A stretch of 61,211 bases of DNA, the filler included, from Globobulimina sp. (Eukaryota), in assembly GCA_003354225.1 (NCBI GenBank). It is 17 parts of 17 records of this genome, joined end to end, with 100 filler letters (N's around TTAATTAATTAA, not from the genome) between each part and the next. Parts side by side here need not be neighbours in the genome. Positions count along the whole stretch, not along the records: positions 21,652 to 25,158 come from PIVH01002634.1; positions 25,259 to 28,765 come from PIVH01002635.1; positions 28,866 to 32,372 come from PIVH01002636.1; positions 32,473 to 35,979 come from PIVH01002637.1; 13 more parts are not named here. One strand, given 5' to 3'. Of the stretch, positions 22,434-35,089 are shown piece after piece. The stretch's first letter is position 1. Each line of letters begins with the position of its first letter. A program made the translations under genes and the position numbers. The notes below the pieces were generated by a model, which was not told the DNA's origin, did no database searches, and saw only the letters and a list, made by a program, of their open reading frames with translations.

Positions 22434-23927
22434 ATGTCTCCCGCTCTGCTTCACCCATTCCATTCAACAAAAGAGATATTTAGCAATCTTAAGCCACAAC
22501 AGAAATACGGTATTGTTGCAATTGGAGGTAATGTGATTTATTACGTACGCCGTTACATTCATTATAAAATATACATCATTACAGTGTGTGCAGTGTCAAT
22601 AATCACTGGTTCGTATTATTGGTCTCTCCAAAAGCAAAAAGCATGGAAAAAATTACAAAAACCTATATTAGCAAAATATTGGAGCGATTCATACAACGAA
22701 GCAAGAAACAAATTTCGTGAGTCATGTGCAAAAATACCAAACTGTAAAACTCATTCCATTCGTGAGCATCCAATGGAAGATTTAACAATGGATCTTTGTT
22801 ATGTTCCATGCATTAAAAAAAGCAAACAAAAACCATCACATTTGGTGATTCATATCAGTGGAACGCATGGCGTTGAAAGTTATGCGGGTGCAGCCATTCA
22901 AAATAAATTACTTCAAAATATAGCAAACAGTAACTCAGAAAGCAGAGATTATGACATATTATTCATTCATTCATTGAATGCATTCGGAATGTGCCATAGT
23001 CGACGATTTAACCGATATAATGTAGATTTAAATCGTAATACAATATTAAATAAACACAAATGGAGGGAAATAAAGCGACGCGACCCTAATTTACATGGTT
23101 ATGACTCAATATCATATTTAATTAATCCAGAATATAAAACTAAATATCCATGGCCTGATATAGCAATTTGGTGGGGAATCATGAAAATATTGTTGAGATT
23201 TGGTAACAGAGATAACGCCGAAAATGCTATTGTTTGTGGACAATACCACCAAGCCACAGGTTTGTATTACGGTGGATTTCGACTGCAAAATGAGCAGAAA
23301 AAATTATTTAATTTTCTGGTCAATGAATGTAAAACAATTTGGAATGTTGATTTGTTGGGTTTGTTGGAGGGAAAAAATAGTAAATTGACTGTAATTGATG
23401 TTCATACTGGTGTTGGACCGAAAGGAGTTGACTCGCTATTTGCTGGAAATAAAGCAGACATTGAGAAAGCTAAACAAGTGCAAGGCTTTCCTGCGGAATA
23501 TCTGAATGATAAACAGAGACTGCGGAGTGGAGAGAAAGGTCGCCAGCGGACTGAGCGGAGAGATGTTTCTGTTGGATCAGTTGGTAGAGTTAATGTTGGA
23601 ATTACTAAATTGTTTAAAAATGTGGATAGATTTATGGATGATGGATATGAGAGTGATAGGGATTGTGATAAAGAGTTGGATGAGATGTTGGATTGTATTA
23701 CATTGACGGAAGAATTTGGTACTGTGTCACCACTGTTTGTTATTCATGCGTTGATAATGGAGAATGCAATTTATAATTTGCAATTAATGGATGCTGATTG
23801 TAAAAATGTGTTGAAATTTAGACAAGAAAAATTGCGGAATGTGTTTTTTTTGCACGATGATCTACAATGGAAATATGATGTGTTGAGAAGGGGTGTTGCA
23901 TTATTCAATTGTTTGTCAAACAGATAA
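22434..23927 (+). CDS. DUF2817 / M14 zinc-carboxypeptidase-like protein with N-terminal TM; in-frame intron 22528-22584
   Basis: ISGTHGVE, HSLNAFG, NVDLNRN, IDVHTGVG and EFGT motifs. Confidence 0.85.
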   Translation: MSPALLHPFHSTKEIFSNLKPQQKYGIVAIGGNVIYYVRRYIHYKIYIITVCAVSIITGSYYWSLQKQKAWKKLQKPILAKYWSDSYNEARNKFRESCAKIPNCKTHSIREHPMEDLTMDLCYVPCIKKSKQKPSHLVIHISGTHGVESYAGAAIQNKLLQNIANSNSESRDYDILFIHSLNAFGMCHSRRFNRYNVDLNRNTILNKHKWREIKRRDPNLHGYDSISYLINPEYKTKYPWPDIAIWWGIMKILLRFGNRDNAENAIVCGQYHQATGLYYGGFRLQNEQKKLFNFLVNECKTIWNVDLLGLLEGKNSKLTVIDVHTGVGPKGVDSLFAGNKADIEKAKQVQGFPAEYLNDKQRLRSGEKGRQRTERRDVSVGSVGRVNVGITKLFKNVDRFMDDGYESDRDCDKELDEMLDCITLTEEFGTVSPLFVIHALIMENAIYNLQLMDADCKNVLKFRQEKLRNVFFLHDDLQWKYDVLRRGVALFNCLSNR

Positions 23928-24357
23928 AGGATGTTAAAGTTTGTGTATGTTTAAATTTTAAAAACTTAGCTGCTGAGCTGTTTTGAACGCTAGCTATATT
24001 CCATTGCTGTTTGGATAACCCCCACCCCCTTTGTATACGCAAGACAAAAGTTATAACAAACCCCAGTATAAATCCACGACAAACCTATAGCAAACCGTTT
24101 CTAGATTTGCAAAGCGTTTCTCAGATAATTGAATAAAATGTATGCAGCTTATCGACCAGAGGGTGGTTATCTTTTGAAATATATCGTTGAGTGAAGTGAG
24201 AAGCATGAAGGTAAAAATGAAGCACGATGATGGAGACAAAAAAACAGATCTTGATTCACAAACACTGGATGTTTCAGCACTTAATGTAATTGATTTAGCA
24301 AAAGATGAAAAACAAATATTTTATTCATATTCAATTAAAAAGCTATACTTTCGGAGT

Positions 24358-24790
24358 TTAGTTTCGGTTCAATAAAAGAAGTTCCAATATATCACCATCA
24401 TATTTTACTTTGTTATCGCGGCAAAATACATCTGATAAATATATTCTGCTAATTGGGCGGTTGTAGTTATTTTTAAACAAATTATCCACACACTTTAATT
24501 TTACCTTTGTATCAATGGTACCATAACTATCATGGAAGTGAATACAGTCATTTCCATCATTACTGAATCCAAATCCCGCAAACATACAACTAATCACATT
24601 TACTTCTTTTGCGTGTTGCAGTATAAATATGGCTTCAGAGCTCTTAGATTTAGAACCATAAAAGTTACAATGTACAACATTGAGAACACACTGATGCTGC
24701 ACAGTAATACCATACATTCCAAACATCAAATCACAATTTTCCATCAACAATCTACATTTTTCATTTATGAATATCCCGCCATCTGTTTTA
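24358..24790 (-). pseudogene. C-terminal fragment of a right-handed beta-helix-like protein
   Basis: Repeating ENCDL, HCNF, SCMF and DNLFKNN units. The 5' part is replaced by an opposite-strand RCC1 fragment. Confidence 0.5.
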
Positions 24791-24799
24791 ATTTTAATA

Positions 24800-25070
24800 G
24801 CAGCATATATTTTATTTGATGATGAAACATATGAATGTTGTGGTTATAATAAAAGGGGTGTATTAGGTGTTGGACATAATAATAATATTAATATATGACA
24901 TCAAATAAAAGATATGAAAATAAAAAATATATTTTCAGCACCAAATGAATCAACACACTCTTTTTGTATTTCAAATGAGAATAAATTATATGCTGTCGGA
25001 CGGAATGATAAGAATCAATTTGGTATACAAACAAATGAAGAAAGTAATACTAAATGGATACCAATTAATA
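24800..25070 (+). pseudogene. RCC1-repeat gene fragment, close paralog of 56697-56967
   Basis: Clear nucleotide similarity to the RCC1 gene in contig 16, with TGG changed to TGA at ~24896. Confidence 0.85.
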
Positions 25071-25330
25071 ATTTAAAAGATGCAATGAATGCGGCAAAAT
25101 CTGGTGATAAAATATTAATTTATGATGGAAAATATGGTAATCCGGATCAGGATTTTATNNNNNNNNNNNNNNNNNNNNNNNNNNNNNNNNNNNNNNNNNN
25201 NNTTAATTAATTAANNNNNNNNNNNNNNNNNNNNNNNNNNNNNNNNNNNNNNNNNNNNTTTCACCTCGCCTTTTACCGGCAAGAAAATCCCCTTCCACCA
25301 GATCGGCCGGCTGCAATTGAAACTGAAAAA

Positions 25331-26230
25331 ATGCCGGACCAACCGCTACAACCAGCGCTGCCTCCTCACGTTCGACCATTGCCACCTCGGCCCCGGCCAA
25401 GCCATCGACGCAGCAACAATTCCAGTGTAGCTTTCAGATTTGGGGGCAAACGGGATTCCAAACGAAACTCATTGTCAAATTCCCGACATTCGGCGGCCAC
25501 GAATTCGCCATATACAGCAGCCACAAATTCACCGTATACAGCGGCCGCGAATTCGCCGGCGACAACTTCAGTGACTGCGCCTCCTCCAATCCATCCACAT
25601 CTACATGACTCACCTTCGCAGCCTGGGGCGCATACTGCAAATGCCCCGCCGTGGACTCCCAGAACGAAGAACAGCACTTCGCTGCCCCACGTACGCCATG
25701 CCGGTGGCAACAGTATGATCAGTAACCAGTTTGTGGTGCAGGTACCGGAGGCTCCGCCGTTGAAAGAGACGCAAATGGCAAGCAATCCACTCTCCGCTGC
25801 CGCTGCCGCCGTGGCACATAACTTGGACAAAAAGAGGCATTCCAATGCGATGCGCAAAAAGAGGCAAATCACTGCGACCACTGCAGCCTCGCACTCCTAT
25901 TCAAGTACGGCAGATTTAAGTGATGTGCAGATGGATGAGGTGGTCAATCAACTTGTGATTCCAAAGCATGATAATAATAATTCTGACGCACATTCGTCGA
26001 TATGGACAGATCGATCGGTTGAAAGTTATATACATTCTGGACATTGTTTAGGTGCATCGCGGTCGGAGAGTACCAGTACGTGCGTGTCGGCAACGTCTGG
26101 ATTGGGCGGATCCAATATGAATGAGGACAGTGTTTTGGGTGAAATGTTGGGTTTAAGTGCGGCTAAGCAAGGAACTCACGATACGGTTATTCGAAAAGAT
26201 GAGCATTGCGAAATTGTCATTGTTGACTGA
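25331..26230 (+). CDS. Low-complexity P/S/T/A-rich protein (probably 5'-partial)
   Basis: 299-aa ORF, GC-richer than its flanks, with an internal AATNSPYT-type repeat in about three copies. Confidence 0.65.
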   Translation: MPDQPLQPALPPHVRPLPPRPRPSHRRSNNSSVAFRFGGKRDSKRNSLSNSRHSAATNSPYTAATNSPYTAAANSPATTSVTAPPPIHPHLHDSPSQPGAHTANAPPWTPRTKNSTSLPHVRHAGGNSMISNQFVVQVPEAPPLKETQMASNPLSAAAAAVAHNLDKKRHSNAMRKKRQITATTAASHSYSSTADLSDVQMDEVVNQLVIPKHDNNNSDAHSSIWTDRSVESYIHSGHCLGASRSESTSTCVSATSGLGGSNMNEDSVLGEMLGLSAAKQGTHDTVIRKDEHCEIVIVD

Positions 26231-26771
26231 CTCTAATCGGCAGATACAAGTATTTGTATTATTGACTTAGTTTTATTAGTTATGATTTTTGTACAGGAAA
26301 TTATTGTTATATCGTGTTTTTTTGTTGTTTCTTTCCCTTTTTTTTGAAAAAAAAAATCTAAATACTAGTACTTCTATTTTCTATTATTGTCTTTTGTGTT
26401 AATTTTATGTACGTTTATTTATAATATTTATTTATAAAATATACTGTGAATTATATATGCATGGAATGCGAAATCTGATAGCCATGATAGAGCTTATTTA
26501 TTTAATGGCTTTTTGGTGCAACAAGAAACAGAGAAAGGTTTCTCGCGAACTTAGCGTGATCGAACAATCTTTCTCATGGTTCTTTTTCTTTTTCTTTTTA
26601 TGATTTTTGTTCCGTGCATATATATATTCACTTATTATTATTTCATATTCATTGTCTACAGTTATTTTTTTTCCAAAAATATTAATAGTTATGAGACTTA
26701 GATGACTCATGAAAATAAAGTATAAAAACTAAAAATAGCGAGCTAGATAAAAAAAAATAGTTTAAAATAGT

Positions 26772-26813
26772 ATTCATTCATTCACTCACTCATTCACTCA
26801 CTCATTCACTCAC
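26772..26813 (+). repeat. (CATT/CACT)n microsatellite directly before an ATG
   Basis: attcattcattcactcactcattcactcactcattcactcac followed by ATG. Confidence 0.9.
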
Positions 26814-28391
26814 ATGCCGAACTTCACTTATAAAGGGCGGCATAAAAATGCGACCAGTTCCAGAGAATTCACTGCTGTCTTGAAGACGTGGAAAAAACGA
26901 AAATGGCAAAAATCGATATCAATGATGGATGATTTATTTTTAAAGTATCCAATGTATCATGCTCCATTAATTGGCAATTACACTCACGCAATGAAGATGT
27001 ATACAGAAAAGGTGGTACAGTCTCTTGTGGATATCAGGAACACTCTGCCACGCTATGAAAAAGACCCAATGAAAATGTGGATATCGCAAACATTGCAAAC
27101 ACAATCAATAAACAAAAACATTTTGAAATCAGTTGATCAGTATTTCAAAAAATGGATATTAACAATAAAAATGAGCCGAAAACATGATGCAAAGGTATAC
27201 AAAAATAATTATAATAAACTCTTCAATGAAGCATATCAAGCATACATTTCGTTTTTGCTTTCCACAAAAAACAAAAATAAAGCTATTAAATACATGTTCA
27301 AATATTCACCAGATATAAAAACCAATTTGTATCATACATTATGTTGTTTGCATTTTTGTGTTACAAACAGTAAATTGTCAGATGGACTGAAATTTGTCGG
27401 TAAAATTTGTGGCATTCTCCTAAATAAATATATTAACATAACAGATGCATTCCTTATACATATGATGTATTATCATAGTTACATTTTACTGCGAATGCAA
27501 AAGTATCAAAAAGCGAAAGAATGTTGGAATCAAATTGAAAACAAATTTGATTATGAATGTATTCGAAATGTGTTATTTGAAAATAAAATGAAAGACCGGA
27601 CATTGCAAAAAATAAAACAAAACAGCATGTTATTTTTGCGGAATACGAGTGTTTATGATCTGAAAATGCGATTTTATATTGGATTGGAGGAGTTTGATAA
27701 AGCTGAAGAAGTGCAGTGGTTTTTCTACAACTTATGGGGCCATGAAGACCAAGTGCATTGTTACAAAGCTTTTTTGGAATTCAAAAAACAGCAAAGACCG
27801 GCTTGGGCATTGCATTTATTTGACTCAGTTATTACAGATTGTCAAGTAAAGAAAAATCAACATTATTTTTGTGGATTGTTTTATCTGGATTTGAAAGACT
27901 ATGAGCATGCAAAATATCATTTTTTATCATGTATTGTGGATATTGACTATTACAAATGGGATATTATTGTTGCTGAACATTATTTTTATTTATCAGTCAC
28001 ATTGTTAGAGTTAAAGGAATATAAATTATCGAAATATTATCTGGATATTGCACATAAGTTAACTCCGGAAAGTCCAGTGATTGAGCAGAGATTTTGTCAA
28101 ATGACTATTTTTTTGAATCAAGCACTAAATTTGTTAGAATGTGCAAATACTCGATGTCATAAAAAGTATTATTATTATACAGCAGGTAAGAAGTTAAAAA
28201 CATTGAGTGTTTGTAAAGGATGTGGTAAATCATATTATTGCAGTAGATTATGTCAAAAAAAGCATTGGAAAATTCACAAAAAAAAATGCGATGAATCGTG
28301 GATTGTTTGTTTCAAAATGTTGAAAGAGAGGACATATATCTCATGTCCACATCACACCAATACAAAGCAGATGATTAAACATATGCATTAA
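26814..28391 (+). CDS. TPR-like helical protein with C-terminal MYND zinc finger
   Basis: CANTRC...CKGCGKSYYCSRLCQKKHWKIHKKKC MYND finger. TPR-like units such as YFCGLFYLDLKDYEHAKYHF. Confidence 0.88.
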   Translation: MPNFTYKGRHKNATSSREFTAVLKTWKKRKWQKSISMMDDLFLKYPMYHAPLIGNYTHAMKMYTEKVVQSLVDIRNTLPRYEKDPMKMWISQTLQTQSINKNILKSVDQYFKKWILTIKMSRKHDAKVYKNNYNKLFNEAYQAYISFLLSTKNKNKAIKYMFKYSPDIKTNLYHTLCCLHFCVTNSKLSDGLKFVGKICGILLNKYINITDAFLIHMMYYHSYILLRMQKYQKAKECWNQIENKFDYECIRNVLFENKMKDRTLQKIKQNSMLFLRNTSVYDLKMRFYIGLEEFDKAEEVQWFFYNLWGHEDQVHCYKAFLEFKKQQRPAWALHLFDSVITDCQVKKNQHYFCGLFYLDLKDYEHAKYHFLSCIVDIDYYKWDIIVAEHYFYLSVTLLELKEYKLSKYYLDIAHKLTPESPVIEQRFCQMTIFLNQALNLLECANTRCHKKYYYYTAGKKLKTLSVCKGCGKSYYCSRLCQKKHWKIHKKKCDESWIVCFKMLKERTYISCPHHTNTKQMIKHMH

Positions 28392-28865
28392 TTTGCACAC
28401 ATTTCTAATATCACTTTAGTTTTTTTCTCAGCTGATCAAAAATCACAACAAAGAAACTAATAAGAATTATGTAAAAAAAATAAACTCTATACAATTAAAA
28501 CACAAAAAACAATATACACCGTATTATTTTTCTTATTTGCTCACCCCCTATTTATGTAATTAAATCATTGATACTTATATAAAAACCAATAATTTCACAA
28601 TTTTATCTACTCACACTTTCCGACATTCCTTCACTTGCCTCCATATCATCAATAATATGTTCCATCAAAGAATGCTCCGCCACCAACTTATTCTGTAAAT
28701 TCCGCTCAAATGAAGTTTGTTTCACAACATCGGGCAGTTTCAATGTTATCTCTGCCAATCCATCTNNNNNNNNNNNNNNNNNNNNNNNNNNNNNNNNNNN
28801 NNNNNNNNNTTAATTAATTAANNNNNNNNNNNNNNNNNNNNNNNNNNNNNNNNNNNNNNNNNNNN

Positions 28866-31800
28866 GATTCGGACATAATACAACTTAAATCAATAAATGT
28901 TCTGGCTTTGTTATCACAAAAATGCTCAAATAGCTCACAAACATATTTGGGAATATCGACTTGAGTTTGATTATCAAAACAAATATCATCCTCTAAATAT
29001 TCTTTATATTGAGCCAAATTACGAGTCATTTGATGTTTCATCAATGGAACTAAATAATTCTTTTGCCGATCCATCCATTTTTCTGCGGTTTGTGATTCAG
29101 TAATTACGCCATAATTATACTGCGCTTTTGTATGAATAGTTTGCTCGACAATACGCTCTAAATACAAAATAGCGTAAACCCACTGATCATATTCAATAAG
29201 CTTTCCGTGGACTACGTTTGTTATATTTGTAATGGCCATTATTGTCATACCAGCAAACTGCATATTAATTATAAACAAAATAATGAAGTAAAATGGAGTG
29301 AATATACAATATTTATACTTAACTAATCTCTCTTTTTCTTCTGGGAAATTAGATATTTTCGATACATCGATATATCTTGAAACATGAACTTGATTTTTGT
29401 ATTTTGGAGATAATCTTAAATAAAGTCCAGTTTCTTTGGTGAATCTGTTTGCAATGACAACATCCCACGTCGTTGATGTTGGCATCTCATAAACGGCAGA
29501 AAAGCTATCAAATAGACATTTGCATGAAATGCCAGTATAAATAATATCTCTTTTCTTTGCAGGTTTGCCATAAAACTCAATGGCATTCGTTAGAAACCGC
29601 CCCAACCAATAAAAGTTATCAGCATGTCTTGCAATTATAATATCCTCAGTATCCTCGTAATCTGTTTTCCTGTACGATTTCCTAAATTCAGTACACAAAT
29701 TGGAAAAGTTACAATAAAGCATAATACAAAGTATGTGTTGCACACAAATTAAATCTCCTTTACTTATACCATATTTTTTATCTGTTTTACACGCACTTCT
29801 TCGTAATATCTCATTATTGGTTTGCATAAATTCTTTAACCGCATCTAATTGCGATTTAAATTGGTGTATACCAATGCTGTAGGAATTATTTTGAGTAACT
29901 TCTTGAAACAGATTTTGATACAATGGCGTCAATGAGAAATATTCCATATAGACACCAATGGAAAACCGGACTTTTGTGGATTTAACATCTTCCTTTAATA
30001 GTTTTATGTGTCTGTCAGGATTATGATTGATATCTTGTGAGTGTTTTAGTAATGTATGTAACCGATCTAACATATCAATATAAATAAAATCATTGGCATT
30101 ATCGCAATTAAATAGTTTTCTTTTGGTATTAATATCTTTGGAAAAACGTTCGCTTTCATCTCTTCGCGATCTTTTAAAATGAATACAATCCGTTGATGTT
30201 TTTTGTTCGCATTGCAAAGTATCCGTTGGTTTGTGGCCAACAATATGTTCAATATCATTCAGCAATTATTCAACAATATGTTCAATAACACATTTTGTAT
30301 TATCAATATTTCCAATATATTTGGGTACGTAGGATAATAGAAACGCATTTTGATTGTTAACACTAATTTTATCATTTGTTGAGGCTGGAAAATGAATGGT
30401 CGGTGCAAACGCGTCAAATTCCATTGGCGTTGCTAATGAATGTCGCAATGGTTTAATTTTAAATCGATTGTGATCAAACCGTTCACCATAAAAATGTACA
30501 GATTCAAATAAAAAGCGGCCAAACCAATAAAAATTATTACAAAATAATTTGATATCTTTCCAATGCCAATATGCTGCACTGAATTTCCGGGCAAATTGAA
30601 TATTTTGGGTAAAAATCAGAATAACCATCAAATGCGAAATTCCTATCAATCCATTTGGCGCGATTGCAAAATCTTTGTTATATTCTTCCGGATCCACAAA
30701 CTGCAATGTTTCGAGTTTCTTATTGTTTCGTAAATGAGCATGTAATGATTTAGCTTCCTCCAAATATTTATAAAATAATTGTTTTGAAATCGATATAATA
30801 TCATTTGACAATATTTCTTCAGCCAACGAACAATATTTAGGTCTATTAATATCAAAAAGAAAAAATGAGACTAACTACAAAATGCAACACATACTTCAGC
30901 ACTGTATAACGAATCGGCACACCGCATTCATACTTTTCATAAAACGTCTCGTCTGATTTGGTGACCTGATATTGATTGATACTCAAATTTGGTGTCAGTT
31001 TAGTTACAGCGACGCCGACTTCGAAATCACTAAGATCAGCAACATTTGAATCTCGTTTATGATGACATAGCCGGCAATGATGTAAATTTATTGTATATTG
31101 AAACATTCTGTCAATTAATATGCTTTTGTTAATATGTCCGCATTGAACACATTTAAAGTTATAAAGTTCAAACGATATCCACTCCGCAATATATTTTCTG
31201 TATTTATTCAGATAATTTTCTTTATTTTCTTTCTTTTCGGACTTTTCCGGTTTTAATTTATCGGGCAAAATATGAGTGAATTTATCCCGTATTTTATTTA
31301 TAGTACGGTTTGGCAGCGATAATTGCTGTGATAAAGAGTCGTTATTTGCTGATTTTAACCCGATAATTGATAATATTACAGAATATGTAAAGGATTGAAA
31401 CGTATTCACGTCACAGCAACATATCAATTTTGCTTTGTTTCCACAGCCATTATTTTCACATTTTACTGCTGCAATCCACCCAATAAAACTCTTCAAAATC
31501 GTATTATAATCTTTTTTATCCAAATGGACAGAATAATTATCATATCGCATTCTAATTAATCCATTCTCATCGTTTCCAACTAATTTGGTCAACTCAACGA
31601 ATACTTTGTCGTCATACTCTTTTCCTGACCGTTTATTGAAAAACTCCAATACCACATCGCCGAGCTATATATATGTATATTTTATTTGTATTTTGACCTT
31701 GGAACAGACAGCAAAATGCACACTAAACTTCAGTTGGATTATTTGCTCGTATTTTATATTGGTCATCGTCTGTTGCCTTCAATTCGATTGATTCTGTACT

Positions 31801-32372
31801 TGGCGACGACGCATTGCATCCACTGCATATTGCTTTGCTCAGTTCGTTAGGCATTGCATCTGAAATTTTATTGTTTTATGACTTTTATCCTCGCACTCAA
31901 TGCCAATTAAGAAATAATATAAGGACTTAACTATTGGTATGATAACAGACATCGCATTGCCATATTTTATTATCTTTATACGATGTTATGATTCCATGTA
32001 GTTTTACCAATGCGTTTTCTGATAACTTTTCTTTGTATTTGCCATTGATAAATGTTTGTAGCCCTTTTATAAAATCATTTTGTTTGAGAGTGTTAAATCT
32101 GTGGCCATTAATTTTGTTCTCTACAAAATATTCAATGATCATGTTCCGACGCATTGCATTAATATCGATATCGCCGACTGCCAATTGTTTGAATGAGTGA
32201 TGAATTAAAAGATCAATCATTTGTTTTTCAGTGCAATTTGAGAAATCAGTCGTTTCCGTATACAATGCGGATATTGCTATAAACTCATTTAATATGCTTG
32301 CAATGTTCAGGTTGTTATCTTTATATATTGTTAATAATAATTGATATAAAATTTGATTATCTCTCTTTTCAT
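28866..32372 (-). CDS. Large protein with CxxC zinc-finger motifs and two ADP-ribosyltransferase-like domains; partial at both ends, several frame breaks
   Basis: ORFs 31927-32265, 30852-31655, 30266-30826 and 28866-30265 are colinear. The motif NFYWxGRFL...FYG occurs twice. The second copy has YTG, PTSTT and FPEEKERL-FAG (in-frame intron 29258-29323). CxxC motifs are WQCDVC and FKCVQC. Confidence 0.65.
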
Positions 32373-33581
32373 NNNNNNNNNNNNNNNNNNNNNNNNNNNN
32401 NNNNNNNNNNNNNNNNTTAATTAATTAANNNNNNNNNNNNNNNNNNNNNNNNNNNNNNNNNNNNNNNNNNNNGATGTTCACCCCTGAGAGCTTCGAGACC
32501 ACAGGCCACGCCCCCTATGCTACAACACAGGGGAAAGGGGGCCTTTTTTCTGGGGGAAGGGGGCCGATCGGGGGAAAACCAACAAAACTTCCTGGGGTTT
32601 TGGCCTAAGGGCTATCCATCGCAATGTGACCCCATGGGTCCAGCTGGCTCGCGGCAGAGAAAAAGCGTTCCAGACAAACACACAAACAGAGGACGCAAAT
32701 TATGGTATATATGGGAAATATTCTGGCAAACTTTATTTTAGAACGATTTTGCCACGGACGTCGAGCAGCCGGAACCAGAACAGTCGATTATTGGTTACCA
32801 AACGATATCACGCGCCGATGTGTCGGACAATTGCGAAGACGTCGTCAATTATGTATTTATTTTACTGCGTACAGTACAGTATTCTGATTACGGCCTTGTG
32901 CTGCTGATGTAGTGTGTTGATATTGTATGACGTCATACAACATAAGCATAAATTAGCATATTTGGTCAGAAATTACTAAAACTGCTGTGTGCTGCTATTG
33001 TTTGTTGCTTTTAAAATGTTCATGCTTTTTAGGTTTCCTTAGAAACTGTCGACATTGAGATGGCAGAATTGGCGATTTCATGACACTCTCGTATTATTTA
33101 CTGCACTTATGATTGTTTGAATTTTATTATTCTGCAGCTGCAGCATTATGTTTATAGACTATAACTCACCCCAATTTGTATCATGCCGTGTTGTGTTAAT
33201 GTACAGTACTTGATTGAACATGCATTTTATTAACTCATTTGTATTTAGTGTATTTTAGTAGTGATTGGTATTTATAAGTGTGTAGTAATAATTGAAAAAA
33301 ATTATATTTTATTAGTCCCTTTTGTCTATACGTATATTGTACATCATAAACAAATTTTAAAATTTTCAAAACCGACCATTAGTGACCTAATTAGCATAAT
33401 GTCACTGATCAAATGTAAGCGTGTGTCAGGTTATCATACATACATATTTATATTAAATTGAAATTGAAACTTTATTCTGTTCTTTTTAATGCACTATCAG
33501 CCAATTCTGTCTCTTCCTTGCGCATGACCACTGAGCATTCTTTGATATTCAAGTCCTGCAAAAGATAAACATAATGATAAG

Positions 33582-34034
33582 TTATCCATAAGTGTACATT
33601 TTAATAGAGCATACATTAGAGAGAGTTGTAGATTGCATCAAATATGCCATGAGATCCCGTTCCTTAACAGCATTATCATTTGTCAGAACACTGATATCGT
33701 AGTCGGCCAATTTGTGGGCATTTCGACAATGATCGTAAATTGCTGATTGAACTGCACTGACTAAGACCTGTGGTTGATCTGGTTCATAGAGACAATAGAC
33801 ACACTGGTATTTATTGTCCCAATCTAGATGAACAGTAGAAATATGGTCAATGATTCCGTCTTTGGTTTCTGAAATGGTCACATAAGTGTCTACATATTAT
33901 ACACAATAAATGTCCTTATCGGAAAAGAATTTGCATAAAGGACAAATGTTTACAGAATTTGCATAAAGGACAAATGTCTACATATTATACACAATAAATG
34001 TCCTTACCAGTAAAGAAGTTGCATAAAGGACAAA
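33582..34034 (-). pseudogene. Degenerate zinc-finger-like coding remnant with ~60-bp direct duplication
   Basis: YQCVYC...HCRNAH motif. 33887-33948 is repeated at 33975-34034 and reads CPLC on the minus strand. Confidence 0.4.
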
Positions 34035-34416
34035 CGAGCAGCATGATCTAATAGTAGTAATAAGGGTTATAAGAATCTGACCAAATACAAATTTGAATCG
34101 GCCAAATGTGAGTTCACTTTAAATCTGAAAAATTACCACATCCGAGTGTAACTACTGTATAGCACGTGAGCATCAATTATGCTATGATCATGCAAATACG
34201 GATAGGTAGCCTTGAACCTTTCAGATATAACGTAAAATACAATACATGTTTCATTCAAGTTTATTTTCAAGTTGCCAATAATACATTACCTAGTAACTAC
34301 AATTGTTAATAATTAAGTGACGTGTAATAAATTTATTATTGCATATCAGGAAGTTGTATACCACCACTTTCATCACCTATATGGACCACATCCATAGGAT
34401 TGGATTGGGATTTGAA

Positions 34417-34955
34417 TTGTCCTAAAAATGTCCCGTGTAATTTTTGAGTCAGTCCCAAATATGTAAGGTGTATTGTGTACACCAATGCCCAAATATGTAA
34501 TGTGTATTGTGTACACCAATGCATACCCATTACCTTCGTAAGCACTCCGAGCGTCATCACGCCAGTCATCAGACACTTCACCATCAATGGCTCCACTTGG
34601 ATGAGAATTGTCCTAAAAATGTCCCATGTATTTTTTGAGTCACTCCCATATGTATTGTGAACGTCAATACATACTTCACCAATCCCAATCCCATCATCAA
34701 TCCCATATGTATTGTGAACGCCAATGCCTACTTCTTCACCACCACTAACATCACCCATTTCACCAGACACTTCACCACCACTGGCTCAACTTGGATTGTC
34801 CTAAAATGTCCCATGTATTTTCTGAGTCACTCCCATGTGTATTTGTGAACACCAATGCATACTTCATCACCACCACTATCATCACTCATTTCACCAGACA
34901 CTTCACCACCAATGGCTCCACTTGGATGAGAATTAGCCTAAAAAACGTCCATATA
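34417..34955. repeat. Degenerate tandem repeat with ~140-190-bp units
   Basis: The anchor ttgtcctaaaaatgtcc recurs near 34417, 34608, 34796 and 34933, with shared gagtcactccca, tattgtgaac and cagacacttcacca blocks. Confidence 0.85.
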
Positions 34956-35089
34956 ATTCTTGAATCAATGTGACATTATGTGCCGCTCGAGTATGTATTT
35001 GTACACCCATACATTATACAACAGTATAATCACTGTACATGGAAATTCTACAAGTATAGTAATACATACAGTATTACAATGTACTTCAA

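Noticed and set aside
34417-34955. CRISPR array or coding repeat
   Set aside because: Units are long, degenerate and variable in length, and the overlapping short ORFs have no consistent frame.
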